DNA of 64,000 nt from positions 7,033 to 71,032 of the forward strand of contig JBCDGG010000003.1 in NCBI GenBank assembly GCA_038757905.1. The letters are read 5' to 3'. Every line of letters starts with the position of its first letter. Positions within the stretch are counted from its first letter, which is position 1. Origin of the DNA: Pseudomonadota bacterium. Lineage in GTDB: Bacteria > Pseudomonadota > Alphaproteobacteria > Rhodobacterales > Rhodobacteraceae. The notes under the pieces were generated by a model. It was not told the DNA's origin, searched no databases, and was given only the letters and a program-made list of their open reading frames with translations. Below are positions 46,261 through 55,731 of this stretch, piece by piece. Made by a program: the position numbers and the translations under genes.

Positions 46261-47838
46261 GTGCAAGGCAAGCCGCTGTCGCTCATCAATCATGACATTC
46301 GATCTGCACTCGGCGACGTTGTTGGCGGTCTGCATCTGATCGACGATATCGCGCTCGACCCCGCCTCCCGTCAGCAGCTTGAGCGTGTGCGCGCCGCCGG
46401 GGAAGCGTTGGAGCGCCTGCTGACAGAGGGCCTGCGTCTGGCCGGTACGGACGACGCGCGCGGCTCGGACGCGCGGGATCCCGCCGACCCGGAGAGCGCG
46501 CCCGCCGAGAGCATCGTGATGCTCGACCTGTTCAACGCCTTGGAGCGCCGGTGGGGCGGACACGCGGCCGCCTTGGGCCTCGATTTCGTGGCCCGACTGA
46601 ACGGCGATCTCCCGACCAGCATTCGCACACGCGCGATCGAGCTGGAGCGCATCCTGTCGAACCTGCTCGACAACGCTTTGAAATACGCCGAGTTCGGCCG
46701 GATCTCTCTGGCTGTCGACAAGCGCGAAGACGGTGCCCTGGTGTTTACCGTCTGCGACGAGGGGCCTGGGTTCTCCGATGCGGCCCTTGGACGCCTGTTC
46801 AGCTTCGGCGGCCGGCCGCGCGATGCCACGCAGCCAGGCACGGGCCTGGGCCTGCATATCGCGAAAGAGCTGGCCGATCGCGCGAGCGGCACGCTCAGCG
46901 TCGCCAACCTGAGCGACCGCTCGGGCAAGATCACCGGCGCCTGCGTTGCGCTTGTCCTGCCGCGCGAGGTCTGGACAGCGGAACCGGCCTGCCTCCAGCG
47001 CGATCCCCTGCCCGACCTGACCGGCAAGACCGTCCTCGTGGCCGAGGACAACGCCACCGCGCAGCTGCTCTTCAGCCGGATGCTGCGGAACCTCGGCGCG
47101 ACGGTCGAGCTTGCGGGGGACGGCATGACAGCGCGCGCAGCCCTGTCGGAGCTGGATGTGGATCTGGCCATCGTCGACATCCAGATGCCCGGCCTGTCCG
47201 GTTTGGACGTGATCTCGGGCATGCGGGCGACCGGCAGCCCCGGGCGCCGCGTGCCGATCGTCGCGGCCACGGCCTATGTTCTGAGTGCGGACCGCGAGAG
47301 GATTTATGCCGCTGGCGCGGACGCGATCCTTGCGAAGCCGGTTCTCAGCCTGTCGGCCCTCGCCCATGCCATCACGGTCGCCCTGGACGCATCGGCGCTC
47401 CGCAAGGACACCGAGCGCGCCGAGGACAGACCTCACGATGGGCCAGCGGCAGATGAACAGGTGCGCGAGCCCCTGGCCAGCCGCCTGGCGCAGTTGGTCG
47501 AAATCGCCGGGCCGGAGGGCCGGGACGAGCTTTTGCTTCGCCTCGACAATGATGTCTCAGGCTCCGTCCAGTCGCTCTGCACGGCGATCACCACGCGCAA
47601 CATCTCGGCGACACGCATGCAGACCCATGTGCTGATCTCGCTCACGGGCGCCGTTGGTGCAGGTGGGCTGCAATCCATCATGGAGCAGATGAACTCGGCC
47701 TCGCACAGAAGCGATTGGACGTTTCTGGACAAGAGCCTTGCCAAGGCGCAGCCTAGCCTGCGCCGACTCGGCCGCGAGATCCAACGATTGCGAAAGGGCA
47801 TTTGCCGCGTGGAACAGACTTGGGCGCCTCCCGCGTGA
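46261..47838 (+). CDS. Cytoplasmic hybrid histidine kinase: HisKA-HATPase-REC-Hpt, no sensor or TM domain
   Basis: H-box LINHDIRSAL, N-box LSNLLDNALKYA, G-boxes DEGPGF and GTGLGL, REC (VLVAEDN...IVDIQMPG...LAKP), Hpt (QTHVLISLTGAVGAGGL). GTG 46261 follows GGAGG. The track ORF starts at 46144. Confidence 0.82.
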   Translation: MQGKPLSLINHDIRSALGDVVGGLHLIDDIALDPASRQQLERVRAAGEALERLLTEGLRLAGTDDARGSDARDPADPESAPAESIVMLDLFNALERRWGGHAAALGLDFVARLNGDLPTSIRTRAIELERILSNLLDNALKYAEFGRISLAVDKREDGALVFTVCDEGPGFSDAALGRLFSFGGRPRDATQPGTGLGLHIAKELADRASGTLSVANLSDRSGKITGACVALVLPREVWTAEPACLQRDPLPDLTGKTVLVAEDNATAQLLFSRMLRNLGATVELAGDGMTARAALSELDVDLAIVDIQMPGLSGLDVISGMRATGSPGRRVPIVAATAYVLSADRERIYAAGADAILAKPVLSLSALAHAITVALDASALRKDTERAEDRPHDGPAADEQVREPLASRLAQLVEIAGPEGRDELLLRLDNDVSGSVQSLCTAITTRNISATRMQTHVLISLTGAVGAGGLQSIMEQMNSASHRSDWTFLDKSLAKAQPSLRRLGREIQRLRKGICRVEQTWAPPA

Positions 47839-49397
47839 GCACACCCGACATACTGCTGATCGAAGACACGCCGTCGCTTCAGTTGCTGTATGCCTCGGTT
47901 CTCAGGCATGCCGGATACGACGTCCACTGCGCCTCCACGGCGGAAGAAGGCTACCGCGCGTTCCAGGCCGCGCCCCCGCCCGTCGTAATCCTCGATCTCA
48001 TGCTACCGGACCGTGACGGCCTCTCACTGCTGCAGGAGTTGATAGCGCTCTCTCCGGACACGAGCGTCGTGGTCGTCACCGCGAATGGCTCGATCAGCCG
48101 AGCGGTGGAGGCGATGCGCGCCGGCGCGCACGAGTTCCTGGTGAAGCCGTTCGAGGAAGGCCGCATGCTGAATGCGGTCCGCAACGCCATACAGACCAGT
48201 CAGCGCCGCATGCGGGACACGCCGTCCGGATCTGCTGCGATGGACCTTCCGCTGCAGGAGTTCATGGGCTTTGTCGGCTCGTCGTCTTCGATGCAGAAGG
48301 TCTATGCGCGGGTCCGGTCCGTGGCGCGCTCCATGGCGACCATCTTCGTCACGGGCGAGAGCGGGACCGGCAAGGAGGTGTGCGCGCAGGCCGTGCATGC
48401 GGCCTCGGGGCGCGCCCGCGGGCCCTTCGTCCCCCTCAATTGCGGCGCGATCCCGTCCGAGTTGCTGGAATCCGAGGTGTTCGGCCATCTCAAGGGATCC
48501 TTCACCGGCGCGATCTCCGACAAGGTCGGCGCCGCCGCCGCCGCGGATGGCGGAACGCTGTTTCTGGACGAGATCTGCGAGATGCCCCTGGCCTTGCAGA
48601 CCAAGCTCTTGCGGTTCCTGCAAACCTCGTCGATCCAGCCTGTCGGCGCCGCCCGCCCCACGAAGATCAACGTGCGCATCATCTGCGCCACGAACCGCGA
48701 CCCGTTGGAGGAAGTGCGGCTCGGGCGGTTCCGTGAGGATCTGTTCTATCGCCTCCATGTGATCCCGATCCACCTGCCGCCGCTGCGCGATCGCGACGCG
48801 GACGTTCTGGAGATCGCGCAAGCCCTGCTGGCCCGCCAGGGCAAGGAAGAAGGTAAGAACTTCAGCGGGTTGTCCGCCGAAGTGGAAGATTTGTTCCGCG
48901 CCCTTCGTTGGCCCGGAAACGTCCGGCAGTTGCAGAATGCGATCCGGCACGTCGTCGTTCTGCACGATGGGCCTCGGGTGACGCTCGACATGCTGCCGGA
49001 CGCGCTCGTCTCCACGGCGATGGCTGCGGCGCCAGCGCAGGCGGCCGGACGCGCCGACGCCACGGGCTGGGCGCATCTCCACGCGATGGAGGGGGCGGGA
49101 CACGGCGTCCTCCACGAGTACGGCCACCGTCACCCCGCCTCCGGCGGGGCCGAGGCGGCGCGCCGCCTGGATCCCGAGCTTGCCCGCGATCTGGTGAATG
49201 CCGGCCTTCCGGCAGTGAACGGCGAGCATGTGGATCTGCGGGGCAAGACACTGGCCGAAATCGAGCGCCTGGCCATCGAGTTCGCCATTTCGCGCAATGG
49301 CGGGTCGATACCTAAGGCCGCGCGCGAGCTTGGCGTCTCGCCCTCCACGATCTACCGCAAGCGCGAGGCCTGGGCCGAAGCCAGCCGCGTATCGTAA
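47835..49397 (+). CDS. Sigma-54-dependent response regulator, LuxO-like (REC - AAA+ - Fis HTH)
   Basis: GTGA overlap with the kinase stop. REC ILLIEDT...ILDLMLPD, AAA+ GESGTGKEV, GSFTGA, LFLDEI, FYRLHVIPIHLPPLRDR, WPGNVRQLQN, HTH GVSPSTIYRKREAW. There is block-by-block resemblance to Vibrio LuxO. Confidence 0.85.
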   Translation: MSTPDILLIEDTPSLQLLYASVLRHAGYDVHCASTAEEGYRAFQAAPPPVVILDLMLPDRDGLSLLQELIALSPDTSVVVVTANGSISRAVEAMRAGAHEFLVKPFEEGRMLNAVRNAIQTSQRRMRDTPSGSAAMDLPLQEFMGFVGSSSSMQKVYARVRSVARSMATIFVTGESGTGKEVCAQAVHAASGRARGPFVPLNCGAIPSELLESEVFGHLKGSFTGAISDKVGAAAAADGGTLFLDEICEMPLALQTKLLRFLQTSSIQPVGAARPTKINVRIICATNRDPLEEVRLGRFREDLFYRLHVIPIHLPPLRDRDADVLEIAQALLARQGKEEGKNFSGLSAEVEDLFRALRWPGNVRQLQNAIRHVVVLHDGPRVTLDMLPDALVSTAMAAAPAQAAGRADATGWAHLHAMEGAGHGVLHEYGHRHPASGGAEAARRLDPELARDLVNAGLPAVNGEHVDLRGKTLAEIERLAIEFAISRNGGSIPKAARELGVSPSTIYRKREAWAEASRVS

Positions 49398-49651
49398 GCC
49401 GCCGGCAGGCGCTCCCCTCCCACGCAGAGGCAGCGCTTCCCGCCCCGGTTCGCTTCGGGGGGGCCGACAGCAGAGATCCGTCTCGAATTAGCCTTAGGGC
49501 CGTCGGCTTGCATCGTGGCAGTGTGGCGCCGCTGCGCCCTGCCCGATATGGCCGCGACGAGGGGACAAGGCCCTGGCACCCCGGCTCAGAGCGCCCGTCG
49601 GTCAAGCGTGCGCGGGGCGTCCCACAGGAGGACGCGATGCCATCCCTCGCG

Positions 49652-50410
49652 CTACGTGAACTGTTCGCGCAGCAGACGCTCCTCCAGCCCGTGTCCCGGG
49701 TCGAACAGGATGCGGTGCGCGACGCCCAGTTCGGAGCGGACCGCGACGGTGACGACATCCCGCACAGCGCGCGAATCGGCTTCGGCCATGACCGGGCGTT
49801 TCTGTCCTTCCAGCACGTCGAAGCGGACCTCGGCCATCTTCGGGATCAGCGCGCCGCGCCAGCGCCGCGGGCGAAACGCCGCCACGGCGGTCAGGGCCAG
49901 AACATCCGAACCGATCGGAAGGATCGGCCCATGCGCCGAGTAGTTGTAGGCGGTGGACCCGGCCGGTGTGGCCACGATGGCCCCATCCGCCACGAGTTCC
50001 TCCATCCGGACCCGGCCATCGACAGAGATCTTGAGCTTTGCCGCCTGCGGCCCGGCCCTCAGAAGCGAGACCTCGTTGATCGCCAGCGCATCATGCACCG
50101 TGCCGCCCGCGGTGATCGCGCGCATCGCCAGCGGGTTGATCACCGCCATCTCCGCCGCGTCCAGCCGCTCGATCAGGTTCGGCTCGTGGTATTCGTTCAT
50201 CAGGAACCCGATGGTGCCGCAGTTCATGCCGTAGACGGGGGCGGGAAAGCCCTCCGTGCCATGCAGGGTCTGCAGCATGAACCCGTCGCCGCCGAGCGCC
50301 ACGATCACTTCCGCCTCCTCCGGCGCCACGCCGCCATAGGCGGCGACGAGCGCGCGCCGGGCCTCCTGCGCGATGGCGGTATCGCTGGCCATGAAGGCGA
50401 TCTTCGGCAT
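49652..50410 (-). CDS. nadK: NAD kinase
   Basis: VALGGDGFML, NCGTIGFL and ATPAGSTAYNYSAHGPI are canonical NadK/PpnK motifs. Confidence 0.9.
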   Translation of the reverse strand: MPKIAFMASDTAIAQEARRALVAAYGGVAPEEAEVIVALGGDGFMLQTLHGTEGFPAPVYGMNCGTIGFLMNEYHEPNLIERLDAAEMAVINPLAMRAITAGGTVHDALAINEVSLLRAGPQAAKLKISVDGRVRMEELVADGAIVATPAGSTAYNYSAHGPILPIGSDVLALTAVAAFRPRRWRGALIPKMAEVRFDVLEGQKRPVMAEADSRAVRDVVTVAVRSELGVAHRILFDPGHGLEERLLREQFT

Positions 50411-50669
50411 GTCCTTCTTTCGCGCGCTTGGGATCCGCAGGCGGCGGGCCGCTCCAAAAAACCCGCTGGTCGCCGTAAGTGCAACTGCTCAGGGCCAAAT
50501 CCGGCGCCAAGGGGGCCGACGCAGGCCAAACTGCCGCACCTGAGCGCCGTTGCGCCGGATTCCGACCTTTTACGATCGTTGCGTTTGCTCTATCTCCCCC
50601 GCACAGATGTTAACGCCAGCCTGCAGGCCACCCGCTCCGGGGCGCTCTGCTACGCGACAGGAGAGCGCC

Positions 50670-51965
50670 ATGAACGCACCGCACCGGGACAGTGGCTTTT
50701 TCACCGAATCCCTTGCAAGCCGTGACCCCGAACTCGCCGCCGCCGTCGGTCAGGAACTGGGGCGGCAGCGCGACGAGATCGAACTGATCGCCTCGGAGAA
50801 CATCGTCAGCCGGGCGGTGCTGGAGGCGCAGGGCTCGGTTCTGACCAACAAATACGCCGAGGGCTATCCCGGGCGGCGCTATTACGGCGGCTGCCAATAT
50901 GTGGACATTGCCGAAGATCTGGCGATCGAGCGGGCCAAGGTGCTCTTCGGTGTGGGCTTTGCCAATGTGCAGCCGAACTCCGGCAGCCAGGCCAACCAGG
51001 GCGTCTTTACCGCGCTTCTGCAGCCCGGCGACACGATCCTGGGCATGTCGCTCGATGCCGGCGGGCACCTGACCCACGGAGCACGCCCGAACCAGTCGGG
51101 CAAGTGGTTCAACGCGGTGCAATACGGGGTGCGTGAAGACACGCAGGACGTCGATTACGACCAGATCGAAGCACTGGCGCTGGAGCATCAACCGAAGATG
51201 ATCATCGCCGGAGGCTCGGCGATCCCGCGGCAACTGGACTTTGCCCGGTTCCGCGCCATCGCCGACAAGGTCGGCGCCTATGTGCTGGCCGATGTGGCGC
51301 ATTATGCCGGGCTGATCGCGGCGGGCGTCTATCCCTCGCCCTTCCCCCATGTGCATGTGGCGACGACCACCACCCACAAGACCCTGCGCGGCCCCCGCGG
51401 CGGTATGATCCTGACCGACGATGCGGCGCTGGCGAAGAAGTTCAACTCCGCCATCTTCCCCGGGATTCAGGGCGGACCGCTGATGCATGTGATCGCCGCC
51501 AAGGCGGTCGCCTTCGGCGAAGCGCTGCGGCCGGAGTTCAAGACCTATCAGGAGCAGGTGATCGTCAATGCCCAGGCGATGGGCGCGGCGCTGATGGACG
51601 GCGGCCTCGATCTGGTGACCGGCGGCACGGACAGCCATGTGCTGCTCGTCGATCTGCGGCCGAAGGGAGTGAAGGGCAACGCGACCGAGAAGGCGCTGGG
51701 GCGCGCCCATATCACCTGCAACAAGAACGGCATTCCCTTCGATACCGAAAAGCCCACCATCACCTCGGGCATCCGGCTGGGCTCGCCCGCGGGCACGACC
51801 CGCGGGTTCGGGGCGCCCGAATTCACCCAGATCGGGCAGTGGATCTCGGCCGTCGTCGATGGCCTTGCCGCCCTTGGCGAAGAGGAAAACGGCGCGGTGG
51901 AAGCCGAGGTGAAAGAGGCGGTCGCCACGCTCTGCGGCCGCTTCCCGCTCTATCCCGATCTCTGA
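50670..51965 (+). CDS. glyA: Serine hydroxymethyltransferase
   Basis: [38 protein letters not shown] and [14 protein letters not shown] (PLP lysine). AGGAGAG lies upstream of ATG 50670. Confidence 0.95.
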   Translation: MNAPHRDSGFFTESLASRDPELAAAVGQELGRQRDEIELIASENIVSRAVLEAQGSVLTNKYAEGYPGRRYYGGCQYVDIAEDLAIERAKVLFGVGFANVQPNSGSQANQGVFTALLQPGDTILGMSLDAGGHLTHGARPNQSGKWFNAVQYGVREDTQDVDYDQIEALALEHQPKMIIAGGSAIPRQLDFARFRAIADKVGAYVLADVAHYAGLIAAGVYPSPFPHVHVATTTTHKTLRGPRGGMILTDDAALAKKFNSAIFPGIQGGPLMHVIAAKAVAFGEALRPEFKTYQEQVIVNAQAMGAALMDGGLDLVTGGTDSHVLLVDLRPKGVKGNATEKALGRAHITCNKNGIPFDTEKPTITSGIRLGSPAGTTRGFGAPEFTQIGQWISAVVDGLAALGEEENGAVEAEVKEAVATLCGRFPLYPDL

Positions 51966-52128
51966 AGCGGGGCTTCCGACTTCGGGCGACGGGCGCCGGG
52001 ACATCGAGGGTCGGCCCCGGATCACCGCGTGGGTAGCCACGCTTAGGGCGTAGATTGCGTATCTGCGATGTACAGGCCGTGGCGCTCCCGCCTCCGAACG
52101 ACGCCTCGCGGCGCCGCCGTCGTTGGGC

Positions 52129-52153
52129 CCGGCACCCGCGATGCGGGTGCCGG
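52129..52153. other. Perfect 11-bp stem / 3-nt loop hairpin (ccggcacccgc-gat-gcgggtgccgg) in the glyA/GH38 gap
   Basis: Read directly. It lies 164 nt after the glyA stop. Confidence 0.6.
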
Positions 52154-52363
52154 AGCTGCGCCGTGCTCTGGCGCAGCGATGGGCGGCGGCCGGGCTTGCC
52201 TCCGGCGGGGATATTTCTGGCAAGATGAAGGGGGCTGGCGCGTTCGCGCTGAAGGTGCGCCGATGCCCGCGCGCAGGGGCCATTGCGGACCGCATGATTG
52301 CTCGGGTGGAGCCTAAGGTGCGCGCGGGCAGCGGTGTCCGTCGGGGGCGTAGGGCCGGGCTTG

Positions 52364-52383
52364 GGCGCCCGAAGAGGGGCGCC
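52364..52383 (-). terminator. GC hairpin (ggcgccc-gaagag-gggcgcc) 18 nt downstream of the GH38 stop
   Basis: 7-bp perfect stem read directly. There is no U-tract. Confidence 0.4.
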
Positions 52384-52400
52384 GGAGCCGGGGCGCAGCG

Positions 52401-55400
52401 TCACTCCTGAAACCGGACGCGCAGGCTGACGATTTCGAAGGGTCGGAGGGTGAGGGGCAGCGTCGTGCCGTCGACCGCCAAGGGGGGCCCCTCCGGCACC
52501 TCCAGGAGGGTGCACCGGCGCGCCTCGGCCAGGGGGCGGGAAAAGCGGATCTCGACCGGGCCGCGCGCGCGATTGGCCTCAAAGAGCCGGATCACGAGAC
52601 CCGCCCGGTCTTCGGCCACCTTGACCGTTTCGATGACGACATTGGGCGCCGGGGACGAAACCAGGGGCTTGCCGCCGAGCGCGGTGCGGAAGCTGCGCTC
52701 GGCCACGGCGGGCGCGTTGAGCGACCAGGCCTGCTTGATCACCTCGCCCCGGCGCCAGTCGCCCAAATGGGGCAGCAGCGCGTAGGTGAAGCGGTGCGGG
52801 CCGCGATCCGCTGTCGGGTCCGGCATGGTGGCGGACTTGATCAGCGAGAGGCGGAGGACGTCTTTGTGCACATCGTAGCCGTACTTGCAGTCGTTGAGCA
52901 GCGCCACGCCGTAATCGGCTTCGGAGAGATCGGCCCAGCGCTGGGCGGGCACCTCGAACTTGGCGTAGTCCCAGCTCGTGTTGCGGTGGGTGGGCCGCAT
53001 GATCGAGCCCCATTGGATCTCGTAGGTAGCGACAGGCGAGAAGACGGCGACGGGAAAGGCCACCTTGAGCAGCAGATGGGTTTCCTGCCAATCGACGTCG
53101 GTCACGAAGTCGATCCGTGGCGATGCGGCGCAGAGACGGATCTGTTGGGTGATCCGGCTGGAGCGATAGGCGCGCTCGATCCAGATGGCGGCGCGCAGCG
53201 GGCCCGCTTCGACGATCTCGAAGCGTGTGAGCCCGCCAACCACTTCTCCGCGATCCTCGAAGAAGGCGTCGATGTCCCAGGCATCCCACGAGATCGGCCG
53301 GTCTTCGAAAACCTGCAGGCGATTGCCGGCCTGCCCGTCCTTCAGGACCTCGCGCGCGGCGCGTTTGTCGAAGATCCGGGTGAGGGTTGCGTCGGTGTCG
53401 AAGTCGAGCGTCAGTACATCGTTTTCGAGGCGTATCCCGCCGTTCGGGAGGCGCGCGGCGCTGGCCTCCCCCACCGGCCGGTCCGAGCGCAGCGGCGTGA
53501 CGGAGTAGGGCGCGAGAGGGCCGACTTCGATCAGGGTTCCACCCTCTACGGTTTGCGTCACCGCCTCCGCCGGGAGGGTCGCCGCCGCGTCGGGCGGGAT
53601 CACAGCCTGCCGCGTGATCGGGAACGGGGTTGCGTTGACCACACCAAACCCGTCGGTGCCTTCGCCGGTGGCGGCCGCGCGCATCTCGCCCACCAGCGCG
53701 TGCAGGCGCGCGTAGTCGCGGCGGGCATCCTCGAAGACCTCGGGGATCGAGGTGCCGGTGACGATATCGTGGAACTGGTTGAGGCAGAGGATCTCCCAGG
53801 CCTCCGTCAGCTTGTCCCACGGCAGGTCCTGCCCGCCGAGGACGAAGGCGCGGGCCGCGAGGTATTCGACCTCGTGCAACGCTGCCTCGGCGTGCCGGTT
53901 GGCGCGTTTGATCCAGGCCTGGGAGGTCAGCACACCGCGGTGGCCTTCCAGGTAGAGCTCGTCGGCCCAGACCGGCAGATCGGCTGCCTTGGGCTCGATC
54001 GCTTCGAAGAAGGCGCGGACCGACGAGAACTTCACGCGCGGCGCGCCGGGCATGTTCGCCCAGATCTCCGCCCGCCGGATCAGCGGGCCGGTCGGCCCGC
54101 CGCCGCCGTCGCCGTAGCCATAACAGATCGGCAACTCGTCGATCCGTTCCTTGGCGGTCGATTTCTCCCACGTTCCGATGACCTCTTCCGCCGAGAGGTC
54201 CGACTTGTAGTTGGTGGGGAACGGCAGGTGCTGCACCTCGCGCGGGGTTGTGAGGAAATGGGCCAGAACGCGGGTGCCGTCGATGCCCTCCCACCAGGTC
54301 GTCGAGGCCGGCACCTGGTTGTACTGGTTCCAGTTGACCTTGTTCGTCACCATCCATTTCAGCCCGGATTGCGCCATGAGCTGGGGCAGGCACCAGGACA
54401 TGCCGAACGTGTCCGGAATCCAGAGCACCGGTGCCTCCGCCGCGCGGCCGAACTTCTCCGCGAAGTAGCGCCGCCCGAGCAGGATCTGGCGGACGAGCGC
54501 CTCCGGCCCGGGGATGTTGGTATCGGGCTCCACCCACATGCCGCCGATGGGCTCCCACCGGCCTTCGGCGACGCGCGCGCGAATGCCGTCGAAGACGTCG
54601 GGATAATCCACCTCGGTCATTTTGTAGAGCGCCGGCTGGGAGTGGGAGAAGCGGTAGCTGGGAAACCGCTCCATCAGGCGCAGCACGTTGAGCGTGGTGC
54701 GGGCGTTCTTCCGCCGGGTCTGCAGCACGGGCCAGAGATAGGCCACGTCGATATGGGCGTGTCCCACGGCGTGCAGCGTGACATCGAGCGGCGCACCGGC
54801 CTCCGCGAGGCCCGCTTCCAGCGCCGCCATCGCGGCGGGCACGGTGCGGTAGAACAGCTCGCCGAGGGGATCGCGGGTGTCGAGCTTGAGGAACGCATCG
54901 TCGAGCGCGGTGAGCATCCGGTGGCGCGCGGGGTGGGCATCGGCCAGATGCAGCGCCGCCTCCAGCGTGACTTCGGCCAGCGAGAGGAAATCGCGCGTGG
55001 CCACGTCGATCTCGACCACGGCGCAGGGCCGCATAAAGAGCTGGGTCGCTTCGTCCGGATTGGGCGGCCAGCCGGTGAGCCCCGTCCAGCCGTGCAGCTC
55101 CAGGCGGTGGCTGCGGCCGTCGATGACGCGCTCGGGCAGGTAGATCGTATGGTGGTACCGGTCGGCGGAGGCGAAGGCCTGCCCGTCGATGAAGAGCGTG
55201 GCTTCGGGATGGGTAAAGATGTCACCGGCCACGCCGAGAGGCAGGTGCAGGCCGACGGGCCCCCGCCCCCAGAGCCGCGGGATGGTGAACTCGGTCGCCA
55301 GAAGGAAGTTGCGGTTCTGTCCGGCCCAGTAGCTGTTCCACGGGATCTCCGGCCAGTCGGCAAGGGCGCGGCCGAGGGGCGGATCGGCCGCGGCGTCGGG

Positions 55401-55514
55401 AAGCCAGCGGACGCGGAACGGATCCAGGGGACGTGTGTCCCGATGCAGCATGGCCTGGAGGAGCGCGACGCGCTTGCCGATCTTCTCGGCCGTGAACCGG
55501 CGGGCATGGGTCAT
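52401..55514 (-). CDS. Glycoside hydrolase family 38 alpha-mannosidase (cytoplasmic, MngB-like architecture)
   Basis: Start at MTHARRF (55514). GHAHIDVAYLW, GGMWVEPDTNIP..E and the length (~1037 aa) fit GH38. No signal peptide. Confidence 0.85.
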   Translation of the reverse strand: MTHARRFTAEKIGKRVALLQAMLHRDTRPLDPFRVRWLPDAAADPPLGRALADWPEIPWNSYWAGQNRNFLLATEFTIPRLWGRGPVGLHLPLGVAGDIFTHPEATLFIDGQAFASADRYHHTIYLPERVIDGRSHRLELHGWTGLTGWPPNPDEATQLFMRPCAVVEIDVATRDFLSLAEVTLEAALHLADAHPARHRMLTALDDAFLKLDTRDPLGELFYRTVPAAMAALEAGLAEAGAPLDVTLHAVGHAHIDVAYLWPVLQTRRKNARTTLNVLRLMERFPSYRFSHSQPALYKMTEVDYPDVFDGIRARVAEGRWEPIGGMWVEPDTNIPGPEALVRQILLGRRYFAEKFGRAAEAPVLWIPDTFGMSWCLPQLMAQSGLKWMVTNKVNWNQYNQVPASTTWWEGIDGTRVLAHFLTTPREVQHLPFPTNYKSDLSAEEVIGTWEKSTAKERIDELPICYGYGDGGGGPTGPLIRRAEIWANMPGAPRVKFSSVRAFFEAIEPKAADLPVWADELYLEGHRGVLTSQAWIKRANRHAEAALHEVEYLAARAFVLGGQDLPWDKLTEAWEILCLNQFHDIVTGTSIPEVFEDARRDYARLHALVGEMRAAATGEGTDGFGVVNATPFPITRQAVIPPDAAATLPAEAVTQTVEGGTLIEVGPLAPYSVTPLRSDRPVGEASAARLPNGGIRLENDVLTLDFDTDATLTRIFDKRAAREVLKDGQAGNRLQVFEDRPISWDAWDIDAFFEDRGEVVGGLTRFEIVEAGPLRAAIWIERAYRSSRITQQIRLCAASPRIDFVTDVDWQETHLLLKVAFPVAVFSPVATYEIQWGSIMRPTHRNTSWDYAKFEVPAQRWADLSEADYGVALLNDCKYGYDVHKDVLRLSLIKSATMPDPTADRGPHRFTYALLPHLGDWRRGEVIKQAWSLNAPAVAERSFRTALGGKPLVSSPAPNVVIETVKVAEDRAGLVIRLFEANRARGPVEIRFSRPLAEARRCTLLEVPEGPPLAVDGTTLPLTLRPFEIVSLRVRFQE

Positions 55515-55561
55515 GCGTGGGAGCCCGGCCTTGCGACGTCCATGGCGTTCAGCCCCGACGA

Positions 55562-55694
55562 GGGGATCGCGTCCCGTCGGATCGCGTGGACCTCGCCCAA
55601 AGGGCATCGGCCCACCCGCCCGAGCGATCCCGGTGCGATTTGCGGTGCGAAGACGGGATTGCCGGGGCGGGTGGGGCGATGTGCCGCCCGGCAC
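55562..55694. repeat. Palindromic intergenic element, copy X (27-nt imperfect inverted arms 55605-55631 / 55655-55681)
   Basis: Arm catcggcccacccgcccgagcgatccc pairs with gggattgccggggcgggtggggcgatg at 23 of 27 positions. The 48-nt module 55588-55635 recurs at 57640-57688. Confidence 0.8.
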
Positions 55695-55731
55695 GAGCTC
55701 CACGCGAGCCGGACCGCGCCAGGACGGCCAC

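Noticed and set aside
49398-49651. Qrr-like sRNA or sigma-54 promoter downstream of the LuxO-like gene. Candidates were TGGCACcccggCTCA at ~49573 and TGGCAGtgtggCGCC at ~49516.
   Set aside because: Neither has a TTGC -12 element. I found no terminator-bounded ~100-nt unit and no GCAA-N5-GTGCCA on the other strand. Only a short GC hairpin (49443-49460) is present, and it may simply terminate the regulator gene.
50411-50669. ZTP (pfl) or other riboswitch in the 260-nt leader between nadK and glyA, since glyA is a frequent ZTP target in alphaproteobacteria.
   Set aside because: I could not find the conserved CCGCCTGGGC 3' element or the GGGTCGTGACTGGCG-type 5' element. It needs an Infernal scan to be sure.
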